64,000 nucleotides of DNA from Eledone cirrhosa (GCA_964016885.1 OZ024741.1:165106001-165170000); one strand, 5' to 3'; counted from the first letter of the stretch, positions 40,634 through 52,927 are shown. The notes: a model not told the origin generated them from the sequence alone. Program-made: numbers and translations.

Positions 40634-40673
40634 TACTTTTGAAAAGCAGAAGAACTGTGAAACCGGTAAAGGA
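40634..40673 (+). ncRNA. Minimal type I hammerhead, U3-A8 core variant
   Basis: tactt-TTGAAAA-gcag aagaa ctgt-GAAA-ccgg-TA-aagga; palindromic ACCGGT stem III, GUA site. Confidence 0.7.
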
Positions 40674-40906
40674 ACCAAATAAATATATATATTTTTTTTA
40701 AAATAAGACTCCAGTTGCATTTTCGATTTCACCTTTTTTTCTTATACTTTCACTCGTGTAGGACACCTCGGTTATTTTTCATTTTCTAAAAAAAAACCTC
40801 ACTTTCTAATATATATATATATATCTATATATACAGGCACAGACATACATACACATACAAACATATATATATATATATACAGGCACAGACATACAGACAC
40901 ATACAA

Positions 40907-40961
<55 letters not shown>

Positions 40962-40983
40962 CACAGAACCTCCATCTCAGCTC

Positions 40984-41023
40984 TACTTTTGAAAAGCAGA
41001 AGAAATGCGAAACCGGTAAAGGA
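40984..41023 (+). ncRNA. Minimal type I hammerhead, U3-A8 core variant (second copy, +350 nt)
   Basis: tactt-TTGAAAA-gca gaagaaa tgc-GAAA-ccgg-TA-aagga. Confidence 0.7.
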
Positions 41024-41158
41024 ACCAAATAAATATATATATATATACATATACAGGCACAGACATACAGACACATACAAACATATATATATATATATAT
41101 ATACAGACACATACAAACACATATATATATATATATATACAGACACATACAAACACAT

Positions 41159-41201
<43 letters not shown>

Positions 41202-41248
41202 CACATACAAACACATATATATATATATACAGACACATACAAACACAT

Positions 41249-41285
<37 letters not shown>

Positions 41286-41714
41286 CACATACAAACACAT
41301 ATATATATATATACAGACACATACAAACACATATATATATATATATATATACAGACACATACAAACACATATATATATATATACAGACACATACAAACAC
41401 ATATATATATATATACAGACACATACAAACACATATATATATATATATACAGACACATACAAACACACATATATATATATATATATACAGACACATACAA
41501 ACACACATATATATATATATATCAATATATATACATATACACAGACACACAGACACATAGCTACACACAATAATCCATTCATAAATATAGATAAAATGAA
41601 AGAGATTTTATATATGATTATCTCGGTACAAAAATGAAATCAATATACATGTGTCAACACGCACAGGCATATATGTATGATGATGTGCGTGTGTATATAT
41701 ATATATATATATAT

Positions 41715-42055
41715 CATCATCATCATCTTCATTTTACGTCCGCTTTTTCCCTGTTTGCAAGGGTGGGACGGGAACTGATTCTGGCTTGATTTCTACAGCT
41801 GGATGCCCTACCTAACACCAACCTCATTTACAGTGAGTGCTGGGTGCTTTTTTGTCGTGGCACCTCACCGACCACTTTGCAGTGGAATGATATGGACCCC
41901 AGTCCCTATCATCTCATTTCTACAGCTGAGTAAACTGGAGCAATGTGAAATAAAGTGTCTTGCTCAAGGAAACAACACATTGCCCGGTCTGAGAATTGAA
42001 CTCACAACCTTTTGATTGCGAGCCCAATGCTCTAACCACTAAGCCATGTGCCTCC
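41715..42055 (-). mobile_element. SINE family B
   Basis: Reverse complement of the consensus. Confidence 0.9.
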
Positions 42056-42075
42056 ATATATTTGTATGTATATAT

Positions 42076-42266
42076 AATTGTTTTTACTTTAGGCACAAGG
42101 CCAGCAATTACCCAGTACATTACTGGTACTTTATTTTATCAACCCCGTAATGATGAAAGGCAAAGTTAACCTCGGCAGGATTTGAACTCAGATCATAAAG
42201 GGCCGTATCTCTATGCTACAAAGCATGGTGTCCGACTCTCTACCAATACTGCCAATTCACCACCCT
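42076..42266 (-). mobile_element. SINE family A
   Basis: Reverse complement of the consensus. Confidence 0.9.
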
Positions 42267-42281
42267 TTAATAATAATAATA

Positions 42282-42580
42282 ACAATAATAATAAAAAGGA
42301 CGATATGTTATGTCCTTATTACGTTTATTGAGTAGTGATCACAACAGAGGTTTGGCAAGGTTTTGGTTCCAGAGTTGGGCGGGATCAATACAGATCGAAC
42401 TTTGAACTGATCAATAGAGAAACGCACATCACTACTCAATAAACGTAATGAAGACATAACAAATCATCCTTTTTTATTATTATTACAACACCGCTTTATT
42501 ATAAACCTCTATACTTACTGGAAACTATGCATCGGGTGGGTCACTCTGGTGAACCTACTGTAACTGGACATTATATTCCC
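42282..42580 (+). mobile_element. Fold-back pLTR-like element with a hammerhead 3' half; related copy at 13975-14575 split by SINEs
   Basis: Arms 42282-42339 and 42428-42485; GAAAC-gcac-ATC at 42419-42430; tail ggaaactatgcat...gtaactggac shared with 14523-14570. Confidence 0.65.
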
Positions 42581-42749
42581 TATACACATATATATCTATA
42601 TATATTTAAGAGTTAAACAAGATTCAATGAATACATCAAAGAATGAGTTTTACAATAGATTGGAAGCACTCTACAATAAAAATATTTTCCAGAGTTATTA
42701 ATATTAATTCCAAATATTAACAAAATAGATATTCTTGTGATCAATTATA

Positions 42750-42812
42750 TTTTATTATACATATTTCAGAGGTACTGAGTTAAGTTCAACAGTACGTCCT
42801 CATCAGATAAAA
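42750..42812 (-). ncRNA. Type I hammerhead ribozyme
   Basis: ttttat-CTGATGA-gga c gtactg ttgaacttaact cagtac c tct-GAAA-tatgta-TA-ataaaa on the minus strand. Confidence 0.85.
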
Positions 42813-42887
42813 TAAAATAAAATAAAGTGACTATCTTGATTAAATCTTAACCATCTACCATGTCAGGGTATGTCATGTATCATTTTA

Positions 42888-42950
42888 TTTTATCTGATGA
42901 GGACGTACTGTTGAACTTAATTAAGTACCTCTGAAATATGTATAATAAAA
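42888..42950 (+). ncRNA. Type I hammerhead ribozyme
   Basis: ttttat-CTGATGA-gga c gtact...agtac c tct-GAAA-tatgta-TA-ataaaa; predicted cut after 42944. Confidence 0.85.
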
Positions 42951-43004
42951 TATAATTGATCACAAGAATATCTATTTTGTTAATATTTGGAATTAATATA
43001 TCTA

Positions 43005-43091
<87 letters not shown>

Positions 43092-43098
<7 letters not shown>

Positions 43099-43310
43099 CA
43101 CAAAATTAGCAAACCATACTTGAGGACCCAGGTTGAAATCTGCAAGATGAAACACGCGTCCCCCAAGTATAGTTTGCTAATTTTGTTGTGGAACTAACTC
43201 TATACTGAACTCATCCTCTGAACTGAGTGCTCTGTTTACTGTGGATATAACCTCCTGGCTTTTACATGGAGGTTATATCCATAGTAAATATATCCATATC
43301 CATATATACC
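43092..43310 (+). mobile_element. Fold-back pLTR-like element with a hammerhead 3' half
   Basis: Arms 43092-43127 and 43158-43195; atct-gca-agat-GAAAC-acgc-GTC at 43138-43160; tail to (TA)n. Confidence 0.6.
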
Positions 43311-43394
43311 ATTATATATATATATATATATTGTCCCACCCGTGTAAGCAGGGAAAAGCGGACGTAAAATGATGATGATGATGATGATATATAT

Positions 43395-43583
43395 GCGGTG
43401 GATTGGCAGTATCGGTGGAAGGTTGGGCGCCATGTTTTGCAGCATAGAATTACAGCCCTTTACGGCCTGAGTTCAATTCCCGCCGAGGTTAACTTTGCCT
43501 TTCATCCTTACGGGGTCGATAAAATAAAGTACCATAAATGCACTGGGGTAATTGCTGGCCTTGTGCAAAAAGTAGAAATAATT
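43395..43583 (+). mobile_element. SINE family A
   Basis: Matches the consensus. Confidence 0.9.
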
Positions 43584-43621
43584 ATATATATATATTTAAT
43601 GTATAATAAACAATAAAGTAT

Positions 43622-43699
43622 AATTACCTCATTACCAGAGGTTTCCCGAATAAGACGAATACAAGACACGTCAGCATTCGTTCATCAGACAAGGCAATT
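43622..43699 (-). ncRNA. Type I hammerhead ribozyme
   Basis: aattgccttgt-CTGATGA-acgaatg...tattcgg-GAAA-cc tct gg-TA-atgaggtaatt; 11-bp stem I with G-U pairs, GUA site. Confidence 0.8.
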
Positions 43700-44865
43700 T
43701 AAAACATAGTGAAATATTTGAAAAATCTCAAGAAAGGCAAAAGTTTAACGGGCAAAACAAATAAATAAAAGTAATAATACAAGAGATGTATAAAAAATAA
43801 AAATAAAGAAATATAGTAAGGGGATGTGTATAAATGTGTGTATATGGACTTACAAATATACGTGTGTGTATGTACAAATGCATGTGTATAGTGAAAAAAT
43901 GTGTGTGTAAGTACATACATGAAGGCAGACATATTAGTGTATGTGTCCACAAATACGTACATATATATATATATATATGTTGAAAAAGGAATTGTAAGAT
44001 AACGGAGTTAGCGTACATACAGACTCAGGGACAAAGGGTTGAAATATATACACATACAAGGATGAAAGGACGCACGCGTATAAAAATACACACATGCGCA
44101 ACCACATACCTGTATGTGATATGCACAGGGAAGGGGGTGTATAAAGTCAAAGCAGTGTCAGACTGAATGGTCGATACAAATATAAAAATATGATAAGTTC
44201 ATGAAATAATATATAAGATAAGAATAAAAAATTAAGGCAAAGAGAAAGTAAGTGGGAGGGGTTATAATATATAAAGTAACACTAGAAAAAATAAATAAAA
44301 AGTAGAAAACATGCATATATGCGAACAAGCTCATACACACATATATATATATAAATATATATATATAGACAAAAAAACCACATGCACAAAAGCATACTTA
44401 CACATAAACATATACATACATAAACACGCATACATACACACATACATGCACATCTAATCACATGAACACACACGACCATATATATATATATATATATATA
44501 TAAGTATATATATATACATACATATAAAAACATGTTACGTAAACGCACACATACACACACGTATTTACACATACATGCACACATACGAATGTGTTTGTAT
44601 ACATATACGAACACGTATACACATATATGCACACATACGCATACATACATATATAAAAAACCAGCCGTATGAATAAATGGGTACAGAATATACGCAAATA
44701 AACATACATAAAAGCGGCTGAGGGACAATGAAAAATATCTGGTGTTAAAAACACAAGTGACATGTGATATCAGGTAGTGAAAGAAAAAAGGGAAGTAAAA
44801 TATGTCAAATTGTTAAGATATAAAGTAAGTGAATCAAATAGCAGGGAATCACTAGTGGATGTGAA

Positions 44866-44997
44866 GTAAAAATAAAAATAAAAATAAAAATAAAAATAAA
44901 GATAAAAATAAAAATAAAAATAAAAATAAAAATAAAAATAAAAATAAAAATAAAAATAAAAATAAAAATAAAAATAAAAATAAAAATAAAAATAAAA
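44866..44997. repeat. (TAAAAA)n hexamer microsatellite
   Basis: Direct reading. Confidence 0.95.
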
Positions 44998-45061
44998 GAT
45001 AATTGAAACTGAAAGAGAAGTCTGTAAAGAAGGTAAGTTAAGGAAAGTGAAGAACAAGAGT

Positions 45062-45463
45062 TTATGGAGGATAAGTGTCTGAAAGTGGGTTAAGTTTATA
45101 TGAGCTGGAAAGCAAGTGTGATTTCATATGTGGGCAACTGTTGAACATTTCTGTTTTTACATTAAGGCAGGTTTTTGGCGATTTAAGGATCTGTAAAATC
45201 CAATATTTTTCACTTATGCAGAGCGCGCATCTTCTTGTTCCTCTTGCATATTCTTTAGATTGGTTCAAAATTGACCAATCTAATTTATATTGGATACCTT
45301 GGTCTTTCAAATCCCATAATCTGCTAGTCAGAGCTGTTGTAAATCTTTTTTCAGGATGTCGGAAAGATGCGACATGTGAGCAATAACGCATTTTGAATTT
45401 ATCTTGTGTCATACCCACATATTGTTCGCTGGTGGCTGGTAGGTTGTTGCTGGTGGTTGTCAC
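45062..45463 (-). pseudogene. GIY-YIG endonuclease C-terminal fragment of a Penelope-like element
   Basis: YVGMTQDKFKMRYCSHVASF...TALTSRLWDLK...W.I...CALCISEK...LNVKTEMFNSCPH; open frame, truncated at (TA)n. Confidence 0.85.
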
Positions 45464-45480
45464 TATATATATATATATAT

Positions 45481-45537
<57 letters not shown>

Positions 45538-45581
45538 ATGTATATATGTATATATATATATTACACATATGTATGCATATA

Positions 45582-46878
45582 TGATGTTTGTCCCAAAAGT
45601 AAGGCTACTGAATTGCCTATGTATGACATGGTAACACAGCACCTCAATGACGTATGTATGCATGTTGGTTATGACCTTGGCTGCATGTACATACTTGTTT
45701 CAACATGATCAATTGAGTCAGTCGTGAGTTATTGCTGTTTATGTACAGACATGTTTATAACCTTTTTTTATGTTTGCAATACAGGAAAATATCAAACAAC
45801 AGTACATGATCAAATTTTGTGCAAAACTCAACAAATCTGCCACTGAAACATTCAATTTTTAACACATGATTATGGAGATTGCTCTCTATTGAGAAGTAAA
45901 ATTTTTAATTGGCACAAAGCTTTCAAATAGGCACAAAAATATGTTGGAGATGAACCTTATTCTAGAAGAACAAGCTCATCAACAAATGAACAAAATGCAG
46001 AACTGGTGTGAGGAGTAATAGCAAAAGATTGTTCATTAAGTGTTAGGATGATTGAAGAAGAAACAGGATTGGATAAAAATACAGTTCACAGAATTTTAAC
46101 AGACTATTTTAACTTGCAAAAAGTTTGTGCAAAACTAGTGTGTGAAGCAAAATGTAAACTGGTTCAAAATTTCTCAGGATTTGTTAGAGAGACTCGAAAT
46201 AGAGCCAAATTTCCTGGATAAAGTAATAACAGGAAATGAACCATGAGTGTTGGATACAGTCCAGAGACAAAACAGCTAAGTGAGGAGTGGCACTAATTCT
46301 CCTTATTCAAAGAAAGCATGCATGAGCAGATATAGTGTGAAAACAATGATTATCATTTTTATCAACAGGCGAATTATTGTTTACAATGGATTTTCACCTC
46401 CAGGGTAGATAGGTAATCACACCTTCTACAAAGATGTCTTGGAATGACTTCAAAAATGAGTCCGCCAAGTCTGAAAGGAGATTCCAAGAGACTGGGTACT
46501 GCACCACGATAATGTGCCTGCTCACACAACACTTTCATTTAGAGAATTTCTGGTAAAGAAAAACATTCTCACCATTCCCCATCCTCCATAGGGCCCAGAT
46601 CTAGCTCCATGTGATTTCTACCTCTTCCCTAAGTTGAAATTGAAGTTGAAAGGTCATTATTTTGTGACTGGTAAACATACAGAAAATTGCAATTGACGAA
46701 CTAAGGACACTCACAAAAGAATGACTTCAGGTACTGTAACAATCAATGGCAACGAATTTGGAACCACAGTATGACTTTCAGAGGATCATATTTTGAAGAA
46801 GAAAAGTTGTAATTTCATGTAAGTCTAATATATATTCAAATAAAATGTCAGTACCCTTACTTCTGGGACAAAAATACA
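45582..46878 (+). mobile_element. Decayed full-length mariner DNA transposon (~1.3 kb)
   Basis: ~30-bp imperfect TIRs (tgtttgtcccaaaagtaagg.tactga / tcagtacccttacttctgggacaaa), TA flanks. Transposase motifs IKFCAKLNKSATET, LHHDNVPAHT and PDLAPCDFYLFPKLK, with stops and frameshifts. Confidence 0.9.
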
Positions 46879-47195
46879 TATTTATATGTACACATATATA
46901 TATCAGGCTGAACATCTTCATGTCAACAAGTTTAAATGCCGACTTCCTTAGAGGTATCAATTGTTTCCATTGCCATCTTTATGATTTGGCTGTCTACCTA
47001 CAGTCCTAGATAAAGATAATTTAATACAGTTATCAGGATAAAGCAGAACTAAGACAGCAGACCACAAGACATACATATGAATAAATGTACACACACCCCA
47101 GAACACTGACCACTCCTTGAAAAAAAAGCAGAGAACTTTAAAGACTTTTTTGTGTACAGACTGACTGCCCATATATGGACTATGCCCTCCCCCCC

Positions 47196-47290
47196 TCCCC
47201 CCTGATGACGTCAGCTATTCCCGCCACTAGACTACCGGTGATTCAGTTTGGATCTAGCTGTTGAAACGGCAGGAGCTCAGCTATCAGGGA
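47196..47290 (+). ncRNA. Decayed type I hammerhead with extended stem III (25.9 kb family)
   Basis: cccc-CTGATGA-cgtcagcta...tagctgtt-GAAA-cggcag gagct cagcta-TC-aggga; some mismatches fit CpG decay. Confidence 0.55.
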
Positions 47291-47298
47291 CATATATT

Positions 47299-47327
<29 letters not shown>

Positions 47328-47329
<2 letters not shown>

Positions 47330-47522
47330 ACGTCTATCTTCCACGCTAGCATGGGTTTAGACGGGAGCTGTCCTACTCGAGGCAAGAATGGTCGGGTGAC
47401 CATGTCTCACTCGAAAACCTGCCAGCCAGTCCTATACGAGCGAGACGTGGTCACCTGACCTTTCTTGCCTCAAGTAGGACAACTCCTGTCTAAACCCATG
47501 CTAGTGTGGAAGATAGACGTTA
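47328..47522. repeat. Fold-back of an RTE-type 3' tail (86-bp arms, 23-nt loop)
   Basis: Arms 47328-47413 and 47437-47522; the right part is colinear with the RTE tail at 61680-61800. Confidence 0.85.
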
Positions 47523-47541
47523 AACAATGATGATGATGATG

Positions 47542-47574
<33 letters not shown>

Positions 47575-47591
47575 TATATATATATTTATGA

Positions 47592-48005
47592 ATAATTCGG
47601 TATTTATGCCAACCCTTAACTATGGTCATGAATCTTGGGTAATGACCAAAAAAATACAATCGCAAATACAAGCAGCCGAAATGGGATTCCTCCAAAAGGT
47701 CTTTGGAATAACATTACTTGATAAAGTGCGTAGCTCGGAGATCAGAGAGTCACTGCAGGTAGAGCCACTACTTTTCTGAAATTAGAGATCACAGCTGTCA
47801 TACTATGGGTATGTGGTTAGAATGTCTCAGGAAAGAATTGCTGGACAAATTTTACAGGCAAAACCAACAAGCAGGAGGCCCAGGGGTAGACCCTGAGCAA
47901 GATGGTTGAATAACATGCATGAGCTTGGCTGGTCTCACTTGGGGATCCAGCTGGATCAGTTGGAGACGGTTGCTTCTGACAGGACCCGTTGGAAGGAGTG
48001 GGCCT
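47592..48005 (+). mobile_element. RTE-clade LINE RT C-terminal fragment
   Basis: SVFMPTLNYGHESWVMTKKIQSQIQAAEMGFL...IRESLQVEPLL, then decayed YGYVVRM and RPRGRP. Confidence 0.85.
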
Positions 48006-48509
48006 AAGAAGAATATATATATGTGTGTGTGTGTGTGTGTGTTTGTGTGTGTATTATACATATATCTTATATAGGAAATGGGTAAGGAGATGTGACCCCC
48101 TTCAGTCACAAATGACCATGCAATTTGCACATAGAAAGTTTTATTCTGAGGCACAAATCTTCACAAGATTTCTTTGTGGAAAACCAACAGTCACCCATGC
48201 ACACTGGTCTCCCCTCTCCATGCCACCAATGTTGCCCCAGAGAAAAGCAATGGCCGATACAGCTTGGTACCAGTGACGTCACAACTCATTTCTACAGCTG
48301 AGTGAACTGGAACAATGTGAAATAAAGTGTTAAGAACACAACACAACACCGGGCCAGGACACTAAGCCATACACCTTCAGTTATATATGTGTATATGTAT
48401 ACATAAGTGTGTGTGTTAAATGGTGATGATGATGATGATGATGACAATGAAATACATGCATATATGTGTGTGTGTGTGTGTATGTGTGTGTGTGTATATA
48501 TATATATAC

Positions 48510-48551
<42 letters not shown>

Positions 48552-48693
48552 CCACCCTTGCAAGCAGGGAAAAGCGGACGTAAAATTATGATGATAATGA
48601 TGATGATATACACACACACATGCATATGTGTGTGTGTGTGTGTGTGTATAAATATATACATACATCTGTATGTATACCTACATATACACATAT

Positions 48694-48770
<77 letters not shown>

Positions 48771-48883
48771 CATATACATACATCTATATGTATACCTCCA
48801 TACACTCATATGTATATATATATATACATATATACACATATATACATACATATGTATACATACATACATCTATATGTATACCT

Positions 48884-48922
<39 letters not shown>

Positions 48923-49177
48923 CATATACACACACATCTATATGTATACCTACATAAACACACACACATACATGTATATATATACATACATACATACATA
49001 CATACATACCTATATATCTATATCTATATCTATATAGATATATATAGATATATATATATAGGCCAAATATATTTTTATAGTATCTTTTTTATTGAAGCTA
49101 ATAATATATCTAACACTCATCCCACCCACCTTCACTGCTGTCTACTTGTTAGTTCCTGAAAGACAGTTAATCAAGTG

Positions 49178-50432
49178 GATGATGATGATGCTGTCTGTGG
49201 TGGTGGTGGTGGTGATGATGGTGATGATGTTTGTTGTGGTGGTACTTATGGTGATGATGTCGATGATGATGGTGATGATGTCTGTTGTGGTGGTAATGAT
49301 GATGGTGATGATGTCTGTTGTGGTAGTAATGATGGTGATGATGTCTGTTGTGATGATGATGATGATGATGATGATGTCTGTTGTGGTGGTGATGATGATG
49401 GTGATGATGTCTGTTGTAGTGGTGGTGATGATGTCTGTTGTGGTGGTAATGATGATGGTGATGATGTCTGTTGTGGTAGTAATGATGGTGATGATGTCTG
49501 TTGTGGTGGTAATTATGGTGATGATGTCTGTTGTGGCGGTGGTGATGATGATGATGTCTGTTGTGGTGGTAATTATGGTGATGATGTCTGTTGTGGTGGT
49601 AATTATAGTGATGATGTCTGTTGTGGTGGTAATTATGGTGATGATGTCTGTTGTGGTGGTGGTGATGGTGATGATGTCTGTTGTGGTGGTAATGATGATG
49701 GTGATGATGTATGTTGTGGTAGTAATGATGGTGATGATGTCTGTTGTGATGATGATGATGATGATGTCTGTTGTGGTGGTGATGATGATGGTGATGATGT
49801 CTGTTGTAGTGGTGGTGATGATGTCTGTTGTGGTGGTAATGATGATGGTGATGATGTCTGTTGTGGTAGTAATGATGGTGATGATGTCTGTTGTGGTGGT
49901 GATGGTGATGATGTCTGTTGTGGTGGTAATTATGGTGATGATGTCTGTTGTGGTGGTGGTGATGATGATGATGTCTGTTGTGGTAGTAATGATGGTGATG
50001 ATGTCTGTTGTGGTGGTAATTATAGTGATGATGTCTGTTGTGGTGGTGTTGTGGTGGTAATTATGGTGATGGCTCGGATGGTTAAGCTGTTGATGATGTT
50101 GGCTGTTGTTGTGGTGATGATGGTTGGTGGTGGTGATGAAGCTGGTGGTTGTGGTGATTATGATACTGGCAGTTGTGGTGGTTGTGATAGCGGTTGTAGT
50201 GGTGGTGGTGACAATGATGCTGATGGCTGTAGTGATGACAATGGTGTTGGTTGTGGTGATGATGGTCGTAGTGATGATGGCAATGGTGTTGGTTGTGATG
50301 ATGTTGGTGATGTTTGTGTGCTTGTGGTGATGATGATGCTGGCGGTTGTGATGAAAATGGTGTTGGTTGTGATGATGATGGTGATGATGCTTGTGTGCTT
50401 GTGGTGGTGGTGGTGGCAGCGGCGGCAATGGT
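49178..50432. repeat. (GAT/GGT)-derived ~30-bp minisatellite grading into low-complexity triplet DNA
   Basis: Unit gatgatgtctgttgtggtggtaatgatggt. Confidence 0.9.
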
Positions 50433-50551
50433 GATTAGACGGTTGGTGTTGCCAACTGGAACAATCCTAGATTCTCCGGAATCTCCATACAATAAGAATC
50501 ATAAAGCATGGAGTAGCACATGTTTAGGCAATAATGGAGGGACAGGGATGT

Positions 50552-52060
50552 GAGTGTATGTAGAGAGGAGATGTGTGTATATGTAGAGAGGAGATGTGTG
50601 TGTATGTAGAGAGGAGATGTGTGTGTATGTAGAGAGGAGATGTGTGTATATGTAGAGAGGAGATGTGTGTATGTAGAGAGGAGATGTGTGTATGTAGAGA
50701 GGAGATGTGTGTGTATGTAGAGAGGAGATGTGTGTGTATGTAGAGAGGAGATGTGTGTATATGTAGAGAGGAGATGTGTGTATATGTAGAGAGGAGATGT
50801 GTGTATATGTAGAGAGGAGATGTGTGTATGTAGAGAGGAGATGTGTGTGTATGTAGAGAGGAGATGTGTGTGTATGTAGAGAGGAGATGTGTGTATATGT
50901 AGAGAGGAGATGTGTGTATGTAGAGTGGAGATGTGAATGTATGTAGAGAGGAGATGTGTGTATATGTAGAGAGGAGATGTGTGTGTATGTAGAGAGGAGA
51001 TGTGAGTGTATGTAGAGAGGAGATGTGTGTATATGTAGAGAGGAGATGTGTATATGTAGAGAGGAGATGTGTGTATATGTAGAGAGGAGATGTGTGTGTA
51101 TGTAGAGAGGAGATGTGTGTGTATGTAGAGAGGAGATGTGTGTATATGTAGAGAGGAGATGTGTGTATGTAGAGAGGAGATGTGTGTATATGTAGAGAGG
51201 AGATGTGTATATGTAGAGAGGAGATGTGTGTGTATGTAGAGAGGAGATGTGTATATGTAGAGAGGAGATGTGTGTGTATGTAGAGAGGAGATGTGTGTGT
51301 ATGTAGAGAGGAGATGTGTGTATATGTAGAGAGGAGATGTGTGTATATGTAGAGAGGATATGTGTGTATATATAGAGAGGAGATGTGTGTATATGTAGAG
51401 ATAATATGTGTGTGTATGTAGAGAGATGTGTGTATATGTAGAGAGGAGATGTGTGTATATGTAGAGAGGAGATGTGTGTATATGTAGAGAGGAGATGTGT
51501 GTATATGTAGAGGGGAGATGTGTGTATATGTAGAGAGGAGATGTGTGTGTATGTAGAGAGGAGATGTGTGTGTATGTAGAGAGGAGATGTGTGTATATGT
51601 AGAGAGGAGATGTGTGTATATGTAGAGAGGAGATGTGTGTATGTAGAGAGGAGATGTGAGTGTATGTAGAGAGGAGATGTGTGTATATGTAGAGAGGAGA
51701 TGTGTGTGTATGTAGAGAGGAGATGTGAGTGTATGTAGAGAGGAGATGTGTGTATATGTAGAGAGGAGATGTGTATATGTAGAGAGGAGATGTGTGTGTA
51801 TGTAGAGAGGAGATGTGTATATGTAGAGAGGAGATGTGTGTGTATGTAGAGAGGAGATGTGTGTGTATGTAGAGAGGAGATGTGTGTATATGTAGAGAGG
51901 AGATGTGTGTATATGTAGAGAGGAGATGTATGTATATGTAGAGAGGAGATGTGTGTGTATGTAGAGAGATGTGTGTGTATGTAGAGAGGAGATGTGTGTG
52001 TATGTAGAGAGGAGATGTGTGTGTATGTAGAGAGGAGAAGTGTGTGTATGTAGAGAGATG
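50552..52060. repeat. 21-23-bp minisatellite
   Basis: Unit gtagagaggagatgtgtgtatat; degenerates into (TG)n-rich sequence to ~53100. Confidence 0.95.
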
Positions 52061-52777
52061 TGTGTGTATGAGTGTGTCTGTGTGTATGAGTGTGTTTGTA
52101 CAGATGTGGGTGTGTGTGTTTGTACAGATGTGTGTATGAGTGTGTCTGTACAGATGTGTGTGTGCGAGTGTCTGTTGAGAGATGTATGTGTGTCTATAGA
52201 GATGTATGTATGAGCGTGTATGTAGAGATGTGTATATGAGTGTGTCTGTGCAGATGTGTGTGTGTGAGTGTCTGTTGAGAGATGTATGCGTGTGTATGAG
52301 TGTGTCTATAGAGATGTGTGTATGAGTGTGTATGTAGAGATGTGTGTATGAGTGTGTTTGTACAGATGTGTGTATGTGAGTGTGTAGAGATGTGAGTGTG
52401 TGTGTGAGTGGGTCTGTTGAGAGATGTGTGTGTGTGTGAGTGTGTCTGTAGAGAGATGTGTGTGTGTGTGAGTGTGTCTGTAAAGGGGAGATGTGTGTCA
52501 TGGGAAAGGTGTGTGAGTGCGTGTTTAGCAAGGGATATGTGTGCGTGAGTGAGTGTGTGAATGTGCGTGTCATTGGAAAGGTGTGTTTGTATGTGTGTTT
52601 AGCAACAGATAAGTGTGAATGAGTGAGTGTGTGTATGTGCAAGGGATAGGTGTGCATGAGTCAGTGTGTGTGTGTGTGTGTGCCATTGGAAAGGGGGCAT
52701 GTTTGGAGAGGGATAGGTGTGTGTGTGTGAGTGTGTCACTTGAAATTGATATATGTGTGTGTTTAGAGAGAGATATC

Positions 52778-52825
<48 letters not shown>

Positions 52826-52890
52826 TTTGGAGGGGGATGTGTGTGTGAGTGTGAAAGTGTCTCTGTTTATGTCTGCGTCTTTGGAGAGGA

Positions 52891-52927
<37 letters not shown>

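Larger units (their letters stand above)
42701..42999. repeat. Inverted repeat, ~117-bp arms, ~65-bp spacer
   Basis: atattaattccaaat...tcatcagataaaataaaat / attttattttatctgatga...atttggaattaatat, with few mismatches. Confidence 0.9.
43595..45463 (-). mobile_element. 5'-truncated Penelope-like retroelement (Naiad-like): GIY-YIG C-terminus, long 3' UTR, terminal hammerhead
   Basis: Endonuclease fragment, then ~1.4 kb of low-complexity UTR including (TTTTTA)n, then a hammerhead on the same strand; (TA)n on both sides. Confidence 0.75.

Noticed and set aside
49092-50434. Asp/Cys-rich GDDVCCGG repeat ORF suggesting a metal-binding protein
   Set aside because: Several frames on both strands are open because of GAT/GGT composition; no start context or splice support.
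50435-52657. 740-aa His/Thr-rich minus-strand ORF
   Set aside because: Minisatellite with 21/23-nt units that do not preserve frame.
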